Assembly: GCA_030390025.1 (NCBI GenBank)
Contig: CM059438.1
Location: 64,854,001 to 64,918,000, forward strand
Direction: 5' to 3'
DNA length: 64,000 nucleotides
Source: Squalus acanthias
Lineage: Eukaryota
The notes below the pieces were generated by a model that saw only the letters and a list, made by a program, of their open reading frames with translations, was not told the origin of the DNA and did no database searches. A program made the position numbers and the translations under genes. Of the stretch, positions 10,598 to 23,400 are shown piece after piece; the stretch's first letter is position 1, and each line of letters starts with the position of its first letter.

Positions 10598-11940
10598 ATA
10601 GAATGAATCATGGAATGGTTACAGCACAGAAGGAGGCCATTCGGCCCGTCGAGCCCGTGCCGGCTCTCTGCGAGAGCTCTTCAGCTAGTCCCACTCCCCC
10701 GCCCTGTCCCCATAACCCTGCAAAATTTTTCCTTCAGGTACTTATCCAATTGTCTTTTAATAGCTATGATTGAATCTGCCTCCACCACCGTTTCAGGCAG
10801 TGCATTCCAGATCTTAACCACTCGCTGCGTAAAAAAGTTTTTCCTCATGTCTACTTAGGTTCTTTTGCCAATCACCTTAAATCTGTGTCCTCTGGTTATC
10901 GACCCTTCCACCAATGGGAACAGTTTCTCTCTATCTACTCTGTCAAGGGCCCTCATGCTTTTGAACACCTCTATTAGATCTCCTCTCAACCTTCTCTGCT
11001 CCAAAAGAACAACCCCAGCTTCTCTAGTCTATCCACGTAACTGAAGTCCCTCATCCCTGGAACCATTCTCGTAAATCTTTTCTGCACCCTTTCTAAGGCC
11101 TTCACATCCTTCCTAAAGTGCGATGCCCTGAATTGGACATAATACTCCGGTTGAGGCCGAACCAGTGTTATATAAAGGTTCATCATAACTTCCTTGCTTT
11201 TGTACTCTATGCCTCTATTTATGAAGCCCAGGATCCCGTATGCTTTTTTAACTGCTTTCTCAACCTGCCCTTCCACCTTCAACGATTTGTGCACATATAC
11301 CCCCAGGTCTCTCTGTTCATGCAACCCCTTTAGGATCGTACCCTTTAGTTTATATTGCCTCTCCTCATTCTTCCTACTAAAATGTATCACTTGGCACTTT
11401 TCTGCGTTAAATTTCATCTGCCACGTGTCCGCCCATTTCACCAGCCTGTCTATGTTTTGTTGAAGTCTATCACTATGCTTCTCACTGTTCACTATACTTC
11501 CAAGTTTTGTGTTGTCTGCAAATTTTGAAATTGTGCCCTGTACACCTATATATATATATATATATCAAGAAAAGCAGTGGTCCTAGTACTGACAACTGGG
11601 GAACACCACTGTATACCTTCCTCCAGTCCGAAAAACAAACGTTCACCACTACTCTCTGTTTCCTGTCACTTAGCCAATTTCGTATCCATGCTGCCACTGT
11701 CCGTTTTATTTCACCAACTTCAACTTTGCTGGCAAGCCTATTATGTGGCACTTTATCAAACGCCTTTTGGAAGTCCATGTACCCCATGTCAACCGCATTG
11801 CCCTCATCAACCCTCTCTGTTACCTCATCAAAAAACTCGATCAAGTTAGTTAAATACGATTTGCTTTTAACAAATCCATGCTGGCTTTCCTTAATTAATC
11901 CACACTTGTCCAAGTGATTGTTAATTTTGTCCCTGATTGT
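10598..11940 (-). mobile_element. CR1 LINE ORF2 RT 3' portion
   Basis: SQHGF, DFQKAFDKVPH, SGVPQLSVLGP, WQMKFNAEKC, LERVQKRFTRM; frameshift at a (TA)n run near 11550. Confidence 0.95.
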
Positions 11941-13059
11941 CATCTCGCTAACTAAGCTAGTTGGTTCATACCTTCTAAAATGCAAGTAATTTTCTGTTGC
12001 TACGAATAGAAGACAACTCACTCTTTGTTGGAGGGAGAGGGGAGAGAGAGAGAGATTAAAGTGTGAGTACTGACTGTTTTTATTTGTGCATAATCACTGA
12101 GGGGAAGATGAGAGGTGCAAAATGATGAAAATGGGCACATTTTGCAGTCCAGCTGGTTAGAGGTTATAAGATGGTTTTGCTTGTCCATTCCAATAATTGC
12201 TATCTTAGTTTATGGATTTTTTTTTTGTCATGTCCAACTTTATCCGCTTCAAAAGCAAATTCCCTGAATGCAACACTAAACACAATCTAAAGCACGGCTG
12301 TTCTGTATCAAAAGGAACTGTTTTGAAAAATGTACTAGAATAAACTGTTTAATTGGTATCAATAATGCTTCAGATTCTTGCAGTAGCCAGCATGAAAAAG
12401 TCCTGCACTGCCAGAACATTTTTAACAGACTCAGGGATTAATTTAGCTGTTTCATGTGTTCAATATGAATGAAATCCCCTTTTTGGAGAAGCCGGTGGAA
12501 AATTAATATTATTCTCTTCCTCTATGAGAGAACATGAACCAGTTCCATTGAGACACCAGAATTCTGAATCACGGCTTAAATGTTGTCTTTCAGTTATCGT
12601 TTGCCATCAAATAATGCCGGCAGTAGGTTGCGTAGACCAGGACAACCTACCGGCCTGTGTGTTTAGAAGGTCTTGCAATATAGGTGGAGCCACCCACAGA
12701 GCTTCCGACTACATCCTGCTTCATGCAAACTGACAAAGTCAACTGCTCATTGACAGCATGATTACTGAAGAGAGGAGATTTTGTGGAATTAAGAAATGAA
12801 AATGTTTTAATAATGTCTGAAGAAATTTGTGTGAGTTGGAAATGCACCTTCATTGTGGTGTGTGTGGTCACTATGCTATCATCAGGCAGATGTGTGTAAA
12901 ACTGTGCTTCTCATCTCTTTTGGGCGTTAAGTTTGTGCACTTGTGCGTGTCTGTTTTGTGTAGATTCCAGGATTTTCACAGTTAACTACCCGGTAAAATG
13001 ATTCAGTGTGCACATTTACACTAACTGTGCTACTGTCCCCAGTGATGTTTCCGATTCGT

Positions 13060-13465
13060 GCAATCTCGCCTCTGAGCCAGAAGGTCGTGGGTTCAAGTCC
13101 CACTCCAGAGATTGGCACATAATCCAGTGCAGTGCTAAAGGACTGTCAGAGGCACTGTCTCTCAGATGAGATGTTAAACCGAGGCCCTGTCTTCCCTCTC
13201 AGGTGGGCATAAAATATCTCATGGCACTATTTCAAAGAAAATCAGGAGTTGGCCAATATTTATCTCTTAACCAACATTCCTAAAACAGATGATCTGGTTA
13301 TCACATTGTTTTTTTGTGGGACCTTGCGGTGCACAAATTGGCTGCCGTGTTTCCTACATTACAACAGTGACTACATTTGAAAAAAAGAACTTTATTGGCC
13401 ATAAAGCGCTTTGGGACGTCCTGAGATCGTGAAAGTCGCGATATAAATGCAAGTGTTTCTTTCTT
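13060..13465 (+). mobile_element. Deu-domain SINE (SacSINE1-like)
   Basis: GGTTCAAGTCCCACTCCAG B box, Deu core, tail GCGATATAAATGCAAGTGTTTCTT. Confidence 0.85.
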
Positions 13466-13847
13466 TATAGGGTGTTCGAGGCACTGGAAGGTACCAAGTG
13501 TGTTTAGAATAATACACGTACTCATTCCAAAATCCTTATCCTCGTTTACAAATCCCCACTATGGGGATACTGCTCAGTCCCTATATCCCGCCACATCCTG
13601 AATTCTACTGACTGATCCTCTGCACATCTCTTCAACCACTGGCGGCAGAGCTTTAAGCCAAGAAAAACCCTGCACTCTGGAATTGTCTTCCTCAACTTCT
13701 CCCAGCATATGGAAAAAAAACCTTTGCCTTCAGCAGTGCCTTTGGTCGCTCCCTTAACTCTTCTCCTAACTCATGCTGAGGGATCAATCCCCCTTGGGAA
13801 GAATCTCCTCCAGCTTGGACAGTTATTTTATTCTCAGTGAAACTTAG

Positions 13848-14492
13848 TAAGGAGTGTGATGCAATACTCTCCACTTGCCTGGATGAGTGCAGCTCCAACA
13901 ACACTCAAGAAGCTCGACACCATCCAGGACAAAGCAGCCCGCTTGATTGGCACCTCATCCACCAACTTAAACATTCACTCCCTCCACCACCGGCGTACCG
14001 TGGCTGCAGTTTGTACCATCTACAAGATGCACTGCAGCTTCTTCGGCAGCACCTCCCAAACCCGCGACCTCTTCCACCTAGAAAGATAAGGGCAGCAGGC
14101 GCATGGGAACACCACCACCTCCAAGTTCCCCTCCAAGTCACACACCATCCTGACTTAGAAGTATATCGCCAATCCTTCATCGTCGCTGGGTCAAAATCCT
14201 GGAACTCCCTACCTAACAGCACTGTGGGAGGACCATCACCACACGGACTGTGACATGAATCTTGTCATTCATGTGGAAATGACTTATGAAATAATACTGG
14301 GCGGCCTGCTGGTGGCGCTGTCCAGGGAGAGTATAAATAATCGGGCACGGGCATGTGGGAGGACCATCACCACACGGACTGCAGCGGTTTAAGAAGGCAG
14401 CTCACCACCACCTTCTCAAGGGCAACTAGGGATGGGCAATAAATGCTGGCTTTGCCAGCGACGCCCAGATCCCATAAGCGAATAAAAAAAAA
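13848..14492 (+). mobile_element. CR1-like (Jockey-group) LINE 3' end, second family
   Basis: YSPLAWMSAAPTTLKKLDTIQDKAARLI; same family as 20915-21806; ends in AATAAAAAAAA. Confidence 0.85.
14251..14353 (+). mobile_element. 5' half of the short LTR family seen at 23183-23400
   Basis: Aligns to 23183-23270 from the terminal TGACA; flanked by a 28-bp direct duplication (14223-14250 / 14354-14381). Confidence 0.75.
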
Positions 14493-14557
14493 TTCTGTTC
14501 CACATCTCAGGTAAGATATGCAAGTTCTGCCTTTCTAAATAGAAAAAAAAAGACTGA

Positions 14558-14932
14558 ATTCAGTTATGTGGAGAGGCTAGAGAAGCTGATATTGTTCTCC
14601 TTAGAGCAAAGAAGGTTAAGGGGAGATTTAATAGAGGTGTTCAAATGTTTGAGCGGTTTTGATAGGGGAGATAGGGAGAAACTGTTTCCACTGGCAGGAG
14701 GGTCGGTAACCTGCAAAAAAAGCCAGGGTAGATGAGGAGAAATGTTTTTACTCAGTGAGTTGCTATGATCTGGAATGCATTGCCTGACGGGGTGGTGGAA
14801 GCAGATTCAATAATAACTTTCAAAAGGGAATTGGATGTCTATTTAAAAAGGAAAAATTTGCAGGTCTATGGGGAAAGAGCGGGGCAGTGGGACTAATGAG
14901 TCAAATGGCCTTCTGTGACCTATGATTCTATA
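14558..14932 (+). mobile_element. CR1 LINE 3' end
   Basis: SYVERLEKL...RLRGDLIEVFK, WNALP, tail TATGATTCTAT. Confidence 0.85.
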
Positions 14933-15446
14933 TTCCTCCCAGTGAACCAAAAAACGTGTATTGCAAAGTATCTTTTCTTTAGTCCCGCGGCTATATTTTA
15001 AAGCAGACTTGCCTGGGCTTCTCTTGTCTGTGCACAAGAAATTAATGTGGGGATTAAAGTAGGAATTACTTTCTTGTCATCAATTTGTTGGACGTATCCA
15101 TAAAGCTAGCTGACCTCCTGAAGCCAGGATAGATATTGCTATTGACAGTGATCAAAAGTAAAAGCTTGTTTTCCCTGTTGGACAACTGGATTGCATGTGC
15201 TGAAACAATCAATTCAACATCCACTTTAAAGATCAGATAAATTGCAGGGAGACACACTTAACCTGGGTATTTTTCTTGTCATGTTCAAATTGGTCACTCT
15301 GGCATGAAGTGAACAATTTTGCTGTCTATCTTTCATCCACAAATGAATAAGTTTTATGTGTCAGAGCAAAACTTGCTTGTATTGAACTCTGTTTCACAGA
15401 TTATTTTTTTCTCCTGAGGACATTCAAACTACTGAAATAACTTTTA

Positions 15447-15745
15447 CATAGAGTTTACAGCACAGAAACAGGCCATTCGGCCCAACTGGTCTATGCCGGT
15501 GTTTATGCTCCACACGGGCCTCCTCCCACCCATCTTCATCTAACCCTATCGGTGTAACCTTCTATTCCTTTCTCCCTCATGTACTTATCTAGTAGCTTCT
15601 TATTAAATGCATCTACGCTATTTGCCTCAACTACTCCATGTGGTAGCATGTTCCACATTCTAAGCACTCTCTGTGTAAAGAAGTTTCTCCTGAATTTCTT
15701 ATTGGATTTATTTGTGACTTTCTTACATTTATAACCCCTAGTTTA
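15447..15745 (-). mobile_element. CR1 LINE 3' end
   Basis: CAGCACAGAAACAGGCCATTCGGCCC tail; related copy at ~26340-26600. Confidence 0.75.
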
Positions 15746-16216
15746 ACTAATAACATATCCAGAATGTTGCCCTCAGCAGGAAGACCTGAGTATGAATCTT
15801 ACTGATGAGTGACGTTTGATCTCAGGCTTCACCAGGACCGGGGGAATGGCGAGAGCATGTCAATATCCATTGGGTTGTCTGGATGCATTTCTCTTGTGTA
15901 TCATTGTTGTTAGGGTTCCAAATAATGTTGCGTTGAATACCAGCATGTTAACCACCTGTGTTCTGAACTTAGTATCAACTTCTGTTGTGGGGTAGATGAA
16001 AATTAGCATCACACAAGTCACGTGTACCAATTTTTGACTACTGACCTGGAACCTGTTGAGAACTGGTCACATTGGAGTAGAGGATAATGACAAGTAGGGA
16101 GAGATGGCAATGTAATAATTTCACTCGGAGCGAAGTATCGATGCTATTTAATGGTTTTCCGTTCATTATCTAGTAGAATAGCCGGCCACCAGCACTTTTT
16201 TCCTACTTCAAATGCT

Positions 16217-16522
16217 TACATAAGAACATAAGAAATAGGAGCAGGAGCAGGCCACTCGGCCCCTCGAGCCTGCTCCGCCATTTAATGAGATCATGGCTGA
16301 TCCGATTTTGGCCTCAACTCCACTTTCCTGCCCGCTCCCCATAACCCTTGACTCCCCTGTTGCTCAAAAATCTGTCGATCTCCGCCTTGAATGTATTCAA
16401 TGACTCAGCTTCCACAGCTCTCTGGGGTAAAGAATTCCAAAGATTCACGACCCTCTGAGAGAAGAAATTCCTCCTCATCTCCGTCTTAAATGGACGTCCC
16501 CTTCTTCTGAGACTACGCCCCC
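16217..16522 (-). mobile_element. CR1 LINE 3' end with (ACATAAGA)n tail
   Basis: ACATAAGAACATAAGAAATAGGAGCAGG; same family as 18850-19590 and 42650-43250. Confidence 0.85.
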
Positions 16523-17339
16523 AACTGGTGTTAATGTGCGATCCACATCAGCTGCTTTTGGGCTGGAATCAATGTCCTTCCTTAACGGCAGTATGATCGC
16601 TTCTGGGTGAGTTCTGATAGGTGATGGCGCGAGAGGTTCCTCCCTGCTGTTGACAGTGCTTTTCCATTGCTTTAACACTAGTGGAAGAGTATTAGTGATG
16701 GTGGGCCAGGATTAAAGTACACACCACCCATGGATGGTACACCTTGCTGTTTTCAACTATGTCTATGATTTTGACAGGAGATAGTGTCCTCCGGTGTGCA
16801 GCCCATAAGTCAAAATTACAGACGTAGGATTTGTCTGGTGTTGACAGCTGTGAAGCGATTGTGTGTTAACCAAGAAGGAACGGACATGCTGACACACAAG
16901 AAGGAACCTCTGCGGAGGATTACATGCCCCAGTGATGAGAAACGAGGTGGTCTTTCAGCATCAAAAGCACTGACATCTTTTAAAGCTGTCAACCACTTTA
17001 GTCTGTTTGCCTGCAGCCTCCTTACAAGCTCGCAGCAGAGCTGAGGTATATGATTGAATTGAAATTAAAGTTTATTCTCCAAAGGACAGGTCTTGTCTTT
17101 GCCTTTAGTTACGCTTTCACATTTTGATGCAAGCTGAGGTGTTCAGAATGGGAGCTGTTCCCAAAATAATTCCCTGCAGGTGATGTTTAACCAAAGCTAT
17201 TAACGCATTATACACTCTGGTGGCTCACCTCAGAGAAGCTTTGCATGTAACAGCACAATCCCATTTGGAACCACTTGAGGAAAGAAGAAATGCGATTTTT
17301 ACTCTGCAAGCTTGCAGAGGCAATCATGTCGCACAAGGT

Positions 17340-17820
17340 TTTGATATCCTAACTCGAGGGAGTCATTTAGACAGTGGCACTCATGTGACAAGGTGGAATT
17401 CATCTACAGGGGGCCCATTCAAAACTAATCTGCGGAAACATTATTTCAGTGAGCGAGTGGTAAGTCTGTGGGACAGGCTCCCCACGGAGACGGTGGAAGT
17501 AGGTAGTGTTGATTCGTTCAAATGCAAATTACATAGATTTCGTTCAGAAAAATATTCTGTTGGGATACAGTATATGAGTAATTTGAGATGTGACATATAA
17601 TTAAGCGTAGTATGCTTGGGAGGAACAGGTGACTTTGAACCTATGGTTGCCAAAGCTCTCCACCACTGGGGTTTTCCTGGGCCTCATGCCTGACTCTGTT
17701 GTAGACTAATTGATCGGGATTAATTGCCGTGATCAGTCAGCAACTCCATTATTGTTGTACCATGCGACGACCAGGATGGCGGAAGGCGAACTAGATGGAC
17801 CAGCAATTCCAATGTTCCTA
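17340..17820 (+). mobile_element. CR1 LINE 3' end (older family)
   Basis: FKTNLRKHYFSERVVSLWDRLP...SFKCKL. Confidence 0.75.
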
Positions 17821-18849
17821 TTGTCTTAAATTCTTCATTCTTACATTTCTTACAAAGTAGGTTGTTATGAGGAGAATAAACATGATTTAAGATCAAGGTC
17901 TTGAAGAAACTGTTGGATGAAAGCAACTGGGTAGGATGCCCCTCTTTCACTCTGGTACTGTCAATGGTGATCAATACAATCAAAGGTTAGATTCATGGGA
18001 AAGTGATATGTATTGTACTTGCATATTGTTAATTGTAACCTAGAGGTCCCTCTGATGGGGGAAAGTATATTGTAGCAATTATACCCTACATTCTCTCTTT
18101 ATTGTTATATACAGAGGAGAATATTCCAGAGAGTCTGAAATAAAAGCAGCCATTACATTGCCGCACCAAACATTCCTCTTTCTCTCTCTCTCCGTGTGAA
18201 TGTTGATTGAAAGTCAATCAGACATTTTTATGCACAGCATTGTACCAGAATGAGGTACCTGTGCAACCTTTAACCGCATCTCCGCATCATAACCTTTAAC
18301 CTGAGGAGGAAGTGAGGCACGTTCTGTGGTGATTGCTGTGTAGATTGTTCTTCAGCCTTTCTATAGATGGATAAATTCAACAAGAGATTCCAAATAAAGA
18401 GTAGAGATCAGACAATCTGGAGTGCAATACATTCTCTATATCGGTATGTTAGCGAATCATTGTCAAAAAATACAAAAATTTGAAGTTGAACTGTTGGCTA
18501 TAAACTTGCTGTTTTTTTCTATTTCATCAGACATAGAGGTAGGTGATGGATATGTGGGAAATTGGGGCAGACAAAGAGCCTAAAGCCAGACTGTTAAGAA
18601 GCTGATAGCTTCTGTATTGGCATTGCACTAGGATTCTCATGGCATTTGGCAGCAAAGATTCAGAGAGGCGGAGTTTGCTGTTGTGGATTCTAGCAGTAGT
18701 CTTTACAAAGCTGACTAGTGGGGTCTTGGAGGCTGTTGAACAACTGCCAGTGTCTCGGCATCTGAAGTTCATTCTCCTACATCAAGCACTTGTTTTTTAA
18801 GTTGTCAACAACAGCAGTTAAAATGCTATTTTATCCACTTTCTTTTAAT

Positions 18850-19590
18850 AAACATAAGAACATCAGAAATAGGAGCAGGAGTTGGCCATACGGCCCCTCG
18901 AGTCTGCTCTGCCATTCAAAAAGATCATGGCTGATCTTCGACCTCAACTCCACTTTCCTGCCCTTGATTCCTCTGGAGTCCAGAAATCTATCTATCTATC
19001 TGAGCTTTGAATATACTCAACAACTGAGCATTCATAGCCCTTTGGGGCAGAGAATTTCAAAGATTCACATCCCTCTGAGTGAAGAAATTCCTCCTCATCT
19101 CAATCTTTAAAGGCCAACCCCTTATCCTGAGACTATGCCCCCTAGTTCTAGACACTCCAGCCAGGGCAAAAAATTGGTCAGCATCTATCCTGTCAATCCC
19201 CCTCAGAATCTTATATGTTTCAATGAGATCAAGTCTCATTCTTCTAAACTCCAGCGAGTATAGGCTCAATCTCTGCTCATAGGAAAGCCCTCTCATCCCA
19301 GGAATCAATCTAGTGAACCTTCGTTGCACTGCCTCTAAGGCAAGTATATCCTTCCTTAGATAAGGAGACCAAAACTGTGCACACTACTCCAGGTGTGGTC
19401 TCGCCAAAGCTCTGTTCAATTGTAGCAAGACTTCCTTACTCTTGTAATCCAATGCTCTAGCAATAAAGGCCAACATGCCATTTGCCTTCTTAATTGCTTG
19501 CTAACTTTCTAACTTTCTGTGTTTCTTGTACTGGGACACCTAAATCTCTCTGAACACCAACATTTAATAGTTTTTCACCATTTAAAAATA
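18850..19590 (-). mobile_element. CR1 LINE 3' portion
   Basis: QRRFTRLIPGMRGLSY...RRMRLDLIETYKI...TRGHSL. Confidence 0.9.
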
Positions 19591-19592
19591 TT

Positions 19593-19941
19593 GGGGGAAA
19601 AATTGACTCGCGCCCCCTTTGGGGCGCTAACTTTGCCGGGGCGCTACTTTTAGCGCCCCGAAAAAGTTAGCGCCCCCGTGGCCAATTTTCCCAGGTAGCG
19701 TCCGAGAGGGAGGAGGAGCGCTACTGGAAGCACCCCGCGTCCCTCTTGGGGCGCAGCGAGCCAATATCGCGGCGCTACATGCCGCAGTACTGCAGGCCTT
19801 CCTCCCCTTATTAAAGGGGAGGGGCCTGGCGCAGCGCGTCCCGGTGCCCAGCTGGGCCACCAGGGATTGGGAGTGCTGGCAAACGAGCCCGGCACTCAAG
19901 AGGAGTGCCAGGCTCACGGAGAGCAACCAAATTTTTCCCCC
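19593..19941. mobile_element. GC-rich Harbinger-type MITE
   Basis: TIR GGGGGAAAAATT / AATTTTTCCCCC, ATT TSD; homologous to 48931-49591 and 45610-45941. Confidence 0.85.
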
Positions 19942-20044
19942 ATTCTGTTTTTTAAATAACTGCAGGGTAATGTTAAAAAATCAAAACTGTTTTACACATA
20001 CACCAAAAGGTCAATGATGTTGCACTGGGATACATTGGATATTA

Positions 20045-20390
20045 AAAAGAAAGAATTGTATTTATGTAGCATTTATCATGTCCTTCAGGGCATCCCAAAC
20101 ACTTGACAATCAATATATTTCTTTTGATAATCTCTGTTGCTGGGTAGGCAAATACAACAACTAATTCTCACACAGCAAGGTCTCCCAAACAGCAAACAGA
20201 TGACAGACCAGTTCATCTTATCTTTGGTGCTGTTGTTTGAAGGGGGAATATTGGCCAGGACAGTGAGAAACTCCCTTCTTTTCTACAGATAGAGGCATGG
20301 GGCCTTTTACATCCACCTGAACAGGCAGAGAGGGCCTTGGTTTGACGTCTCATCTGAAAGGTGGGTCCTCTAACAATGCCGCATTCTGTC
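20045..20390 (-). mobile_element. Degenerate Deu-domain SINE
   Basis: ATATTGGCCAGGACAG...CTTTTACATCCACCTGA...GACGTCTCATCTGAAAG. Confidence 0.7.
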
Positions 20391-20634
20391 AGAGCTTTGT
20401 TCAAGTAGCAGCTGAGGTTATTTGCTCTTGCCCATTTTAAAAGGTGGAAGATTAAAACAAAAACAAAAATAACTTCAATAACTGGGAATAACAAATTTTG
20501 GGGAAGGAATAAAGTTAACTGCCTCTTGACCAATTTGATTAGATAAGTAGCTGGATGAGTATCGGTAATATTGTTCCCTCATCGGTCATGTCACATATTT
20601 CTTCAGTCACTCTAACATATTACAGTGGTAAAGA

Positions 20635-20841
20635 AGAAAGAAGAAAGAAAGACTAACATTTATATCGCACCTTTCACGACCACCGGACATCCCAAAGCGC
20701 TTTACAGCCAATGAAGTACTTTTTGAAGTGTAGTCACTGTTGTAATGTAAGAAACGCGGCAGCCAATTTGCGCACAGCAAGCTCCCACAAACAGCAATGT
20801 GATAATGACCAGATAACCTGTTTTTGTTATGTTGGTTGAGT
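20635..20841 (-). mobile_element. Deu-domain SINE, 3' half
   Basis: (AAAG)n tail and strong match to 47392-47590. Confidence 0.85.
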
Positions 20842-20914
20842 GGTAGACATCAGAAAGTGCACTCGGGTGCTGTGCTGTTCCTGAGCGCTGTCAGATGAGA
20901 TCTACATGTATAAT

Positions 20915-21806
20915 CGCAGTGTTCAGTACCATTCACAACTCCTCAGATAATGAAGCAGTCCATGCTCGCATGCAACAAGACCTGGAAGATGTTCAGGCTT
21001 GGGCTGATAAGTCGCAGGTAACATTCGCACCACAGAAATGCCAGGCAATGACTATCTCCAACAAGCGAGAGTCTAACCACCGCCCCTTGACATTCAACAT
21101 CATTACTATCACCGAATCCCCCACCATCAACATCCTGGGGGGTCACCATTGACCAGAAACTTATCTGGACCAGCCACATAAATACTGTGGCTACAAGAGC
21201 AGGTCAGAGGCTAAGTATTCTGTGGTGAGTGTCTCACCTCCTGACTCCCCAAAGCCTTTCCACCATCTACAAGGCACAAGTAAGGAGTGTGATGGAATAC
21301 TCTCCACTTGCCTGGATGAGTGCAACTCCAACAACACTCAAGAAGCTTGACACCATCCAGGACAAATCAGCCCGCTTGATTGGCACCCTGTCCACCAACT
21401 TAAACATTCACTCCCTTCACCAGTGGCGCACCGTGGCTGCAGTGTGTACCATCTACAAGATGCACTGCAGCAACTCGCCAAGGCTTCTTCGGCAGCACCT
21501 CCCAAACCCGTGACCTCTTCCACCTGGAAGGAAAAGGGCAGCAGGCGCATGAGAACACCACCACCTCCAAGTTCCCCTCCAAGTCACACACCAGCCTGAC
21601 TTGGAAGTATATCGCCGTTCCTTCATCGTCGCTGGGTCAAAATCCTGTAACTCCCACCCTAACAGCACTGTGGGAGTACCTTCACCACATGGACTGCAGA
21701 GGTTCAAGAAGGTGGCTCACCACCACCATCTCAAAGGCAATTAGGGATGGGCAATAAATGCTGGCCTTACCAGCGACGCCCACATCCCATGAACGAATAA
21801 AAAAAA
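20915..21806 (+). mobile_element. CR1-like (Jockey-group) LINE 3' portion, second family
   Basis: QQDLEDVQAWADKSQVTFAPQKCQ, LSTIYKAQVRSVMEYSPLAW, poly(A) end. Confidence 0.9.
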
Positions 21807-22143
21807 CGTTTGCCATGGGCCTGTGTTGACCACTATTTTAGTATCACAGTTTAGATACAGAGTGTGTAGCACACTATCACCTGATTGGCTCAAATGCTCA
21901 GGTTCATGAAACAATTCGCAGCAAATTACAACCGAGGAGCTTGGGGAACGTACCAATGGACAAATAGCAAGTGGAAATGGAAACTACCAATGACAAAGTT
22001 CAAAAGTTGCCAACCACAAATAGGCAGTCAACAAAGCCCATGGCACAGAATAGCCTCCAACTCATGAGTAATGCCAAGGGAGATTAGTATGTCTTGAAGT
22101 GTCACACTTTAGATGTACCTGTGCGATGCTAATGAAACATCCA

Positions 22144-23027
22144 GGCCCCGATATTTACGGGGAGGGTGCGTGGGAAGGCGAAATCAGCCGAAGAACCTGG
22201 CAACGCCGGGGACGCAGAGATCCTGCCAAGTTTAAAGGCAGGACCTCATTCACATTTTTTATCTCCATTTCTCGCCCGGCAGCCAGCCAAATGGACAGCC
22301 TGATTGGCGGCGGGAGGGAACACCAGCGGCAGGATGCCGCGACTGGGAATCCTTGTGAACGGTCCCGTGATTTTGAACACCTCTATTAAATCACCACTTA
22401 ACCTTCGCTGTTGTAAGTAGAACAACTCCAGCTTCACCAGTCTCGCCACGTAACTGAAGTCCCTCATCCCTGGTACGATTCTAGTAAATCTCCTCTGCAT
22501 CATCTCCAAGGCCTTGAGATTCTTCATGAAGTGGGGTGTCCAGAATCGGACACAATACTCCAGCTGGGGCCTAACCAACGATTTATAAAGGTTTAGCATA
22601 ACTTCCTTGTTTTTGTACGCAATTGGGAAGGGGGGAAAGAGGCTGTTATAAGTGGGGAGAGGTCGGCAATCGGAGGACTGGGGCGGAGGGGTTTGAGGCT
22701 GGTATTTGGGACTGGAGGAGGCTGAAGGCTTCCTTGATGGGCCGAGGGAGCACTCACGCTCCTCCTGGCCCACAAGGAGTGCTGAAAAAGGCACTTACCT
22801 TGTGTAGCCGACAGTTCCCACCTCCCTTTCACGGCTGGGGTTCCTGACCCCGGTGGGAGCTCGATTTAAATATGTTAATGACGTGTCCTGCCTCGCCACG
22901 ACGGGACACTTGGACGCCTCAATATCCGCCACCATATTGGGGTCACGTTCCCCGTATTTAACTCCTTAACTTCCCCTCACCCGCCCGACCCTCTCCCACC
23001 CGCCGTGGAGCTGGTAATATCGAGGCC
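22144..23027. mobile_element. Harbinger-type MITE containing an internal CR1 fragment
   Basis: TIR GGCCCCGATATT / AATATCGAGGCC, flanks CCA/TCA; CR1 RT piece at ~22365-22620 (-). Confidence 0.75.
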
Positions 23028-23182
23028 TCAATGTCTATGTTGCTTTTGTTCCCTTACCTGAGGCAAGATCGCTGACTTAAAGGAGAGTCTAGTGTTAGTG
23101 GAAAGCAGTTGAATGTCCACTGCTTCCCCCCTATCACCAATATCTGAGTAAGAGTTTTCAGAAATGTTTGAAACAAAATGCA

Positions 23183-23400
23183 TGACATAAATCTTGTCAT
23201 TCATGTGTGAAGTAATACTGGGTGGCCTGCTGGTGACGCTGTTCAGGGACAGTATACATACTCGGGCATGGGCCCAGCTTGCTTAGGACATTCCTCAACA
23301 GGAACTAGTGAAGGACACAACTAGATCTCCATGTTGAAAAACAGTTGATTAAAGCTTTGTTTAATGCTTAGACCAAGTGTCTAGTAGTTTTCGTACGTCA
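23183..23400 (+). mobile_element. Short solo LTR (218 bp)
   Basis: TGAC...GTCA termini, 5-bp TSD ATGCA (23178-23182 / 23401-23405), TATA-like TATACATA and ATTAAA signal. Confidence 0.85.

Noticed and set aside
15802..15830. CTGATGAG hammerhead-like core
   Set aside because: No stem II followed by GAAA.
16779..17044. 86-aa ORF between AG and GT signals
   Set aside because: No recognisable domain; compatible with chance.
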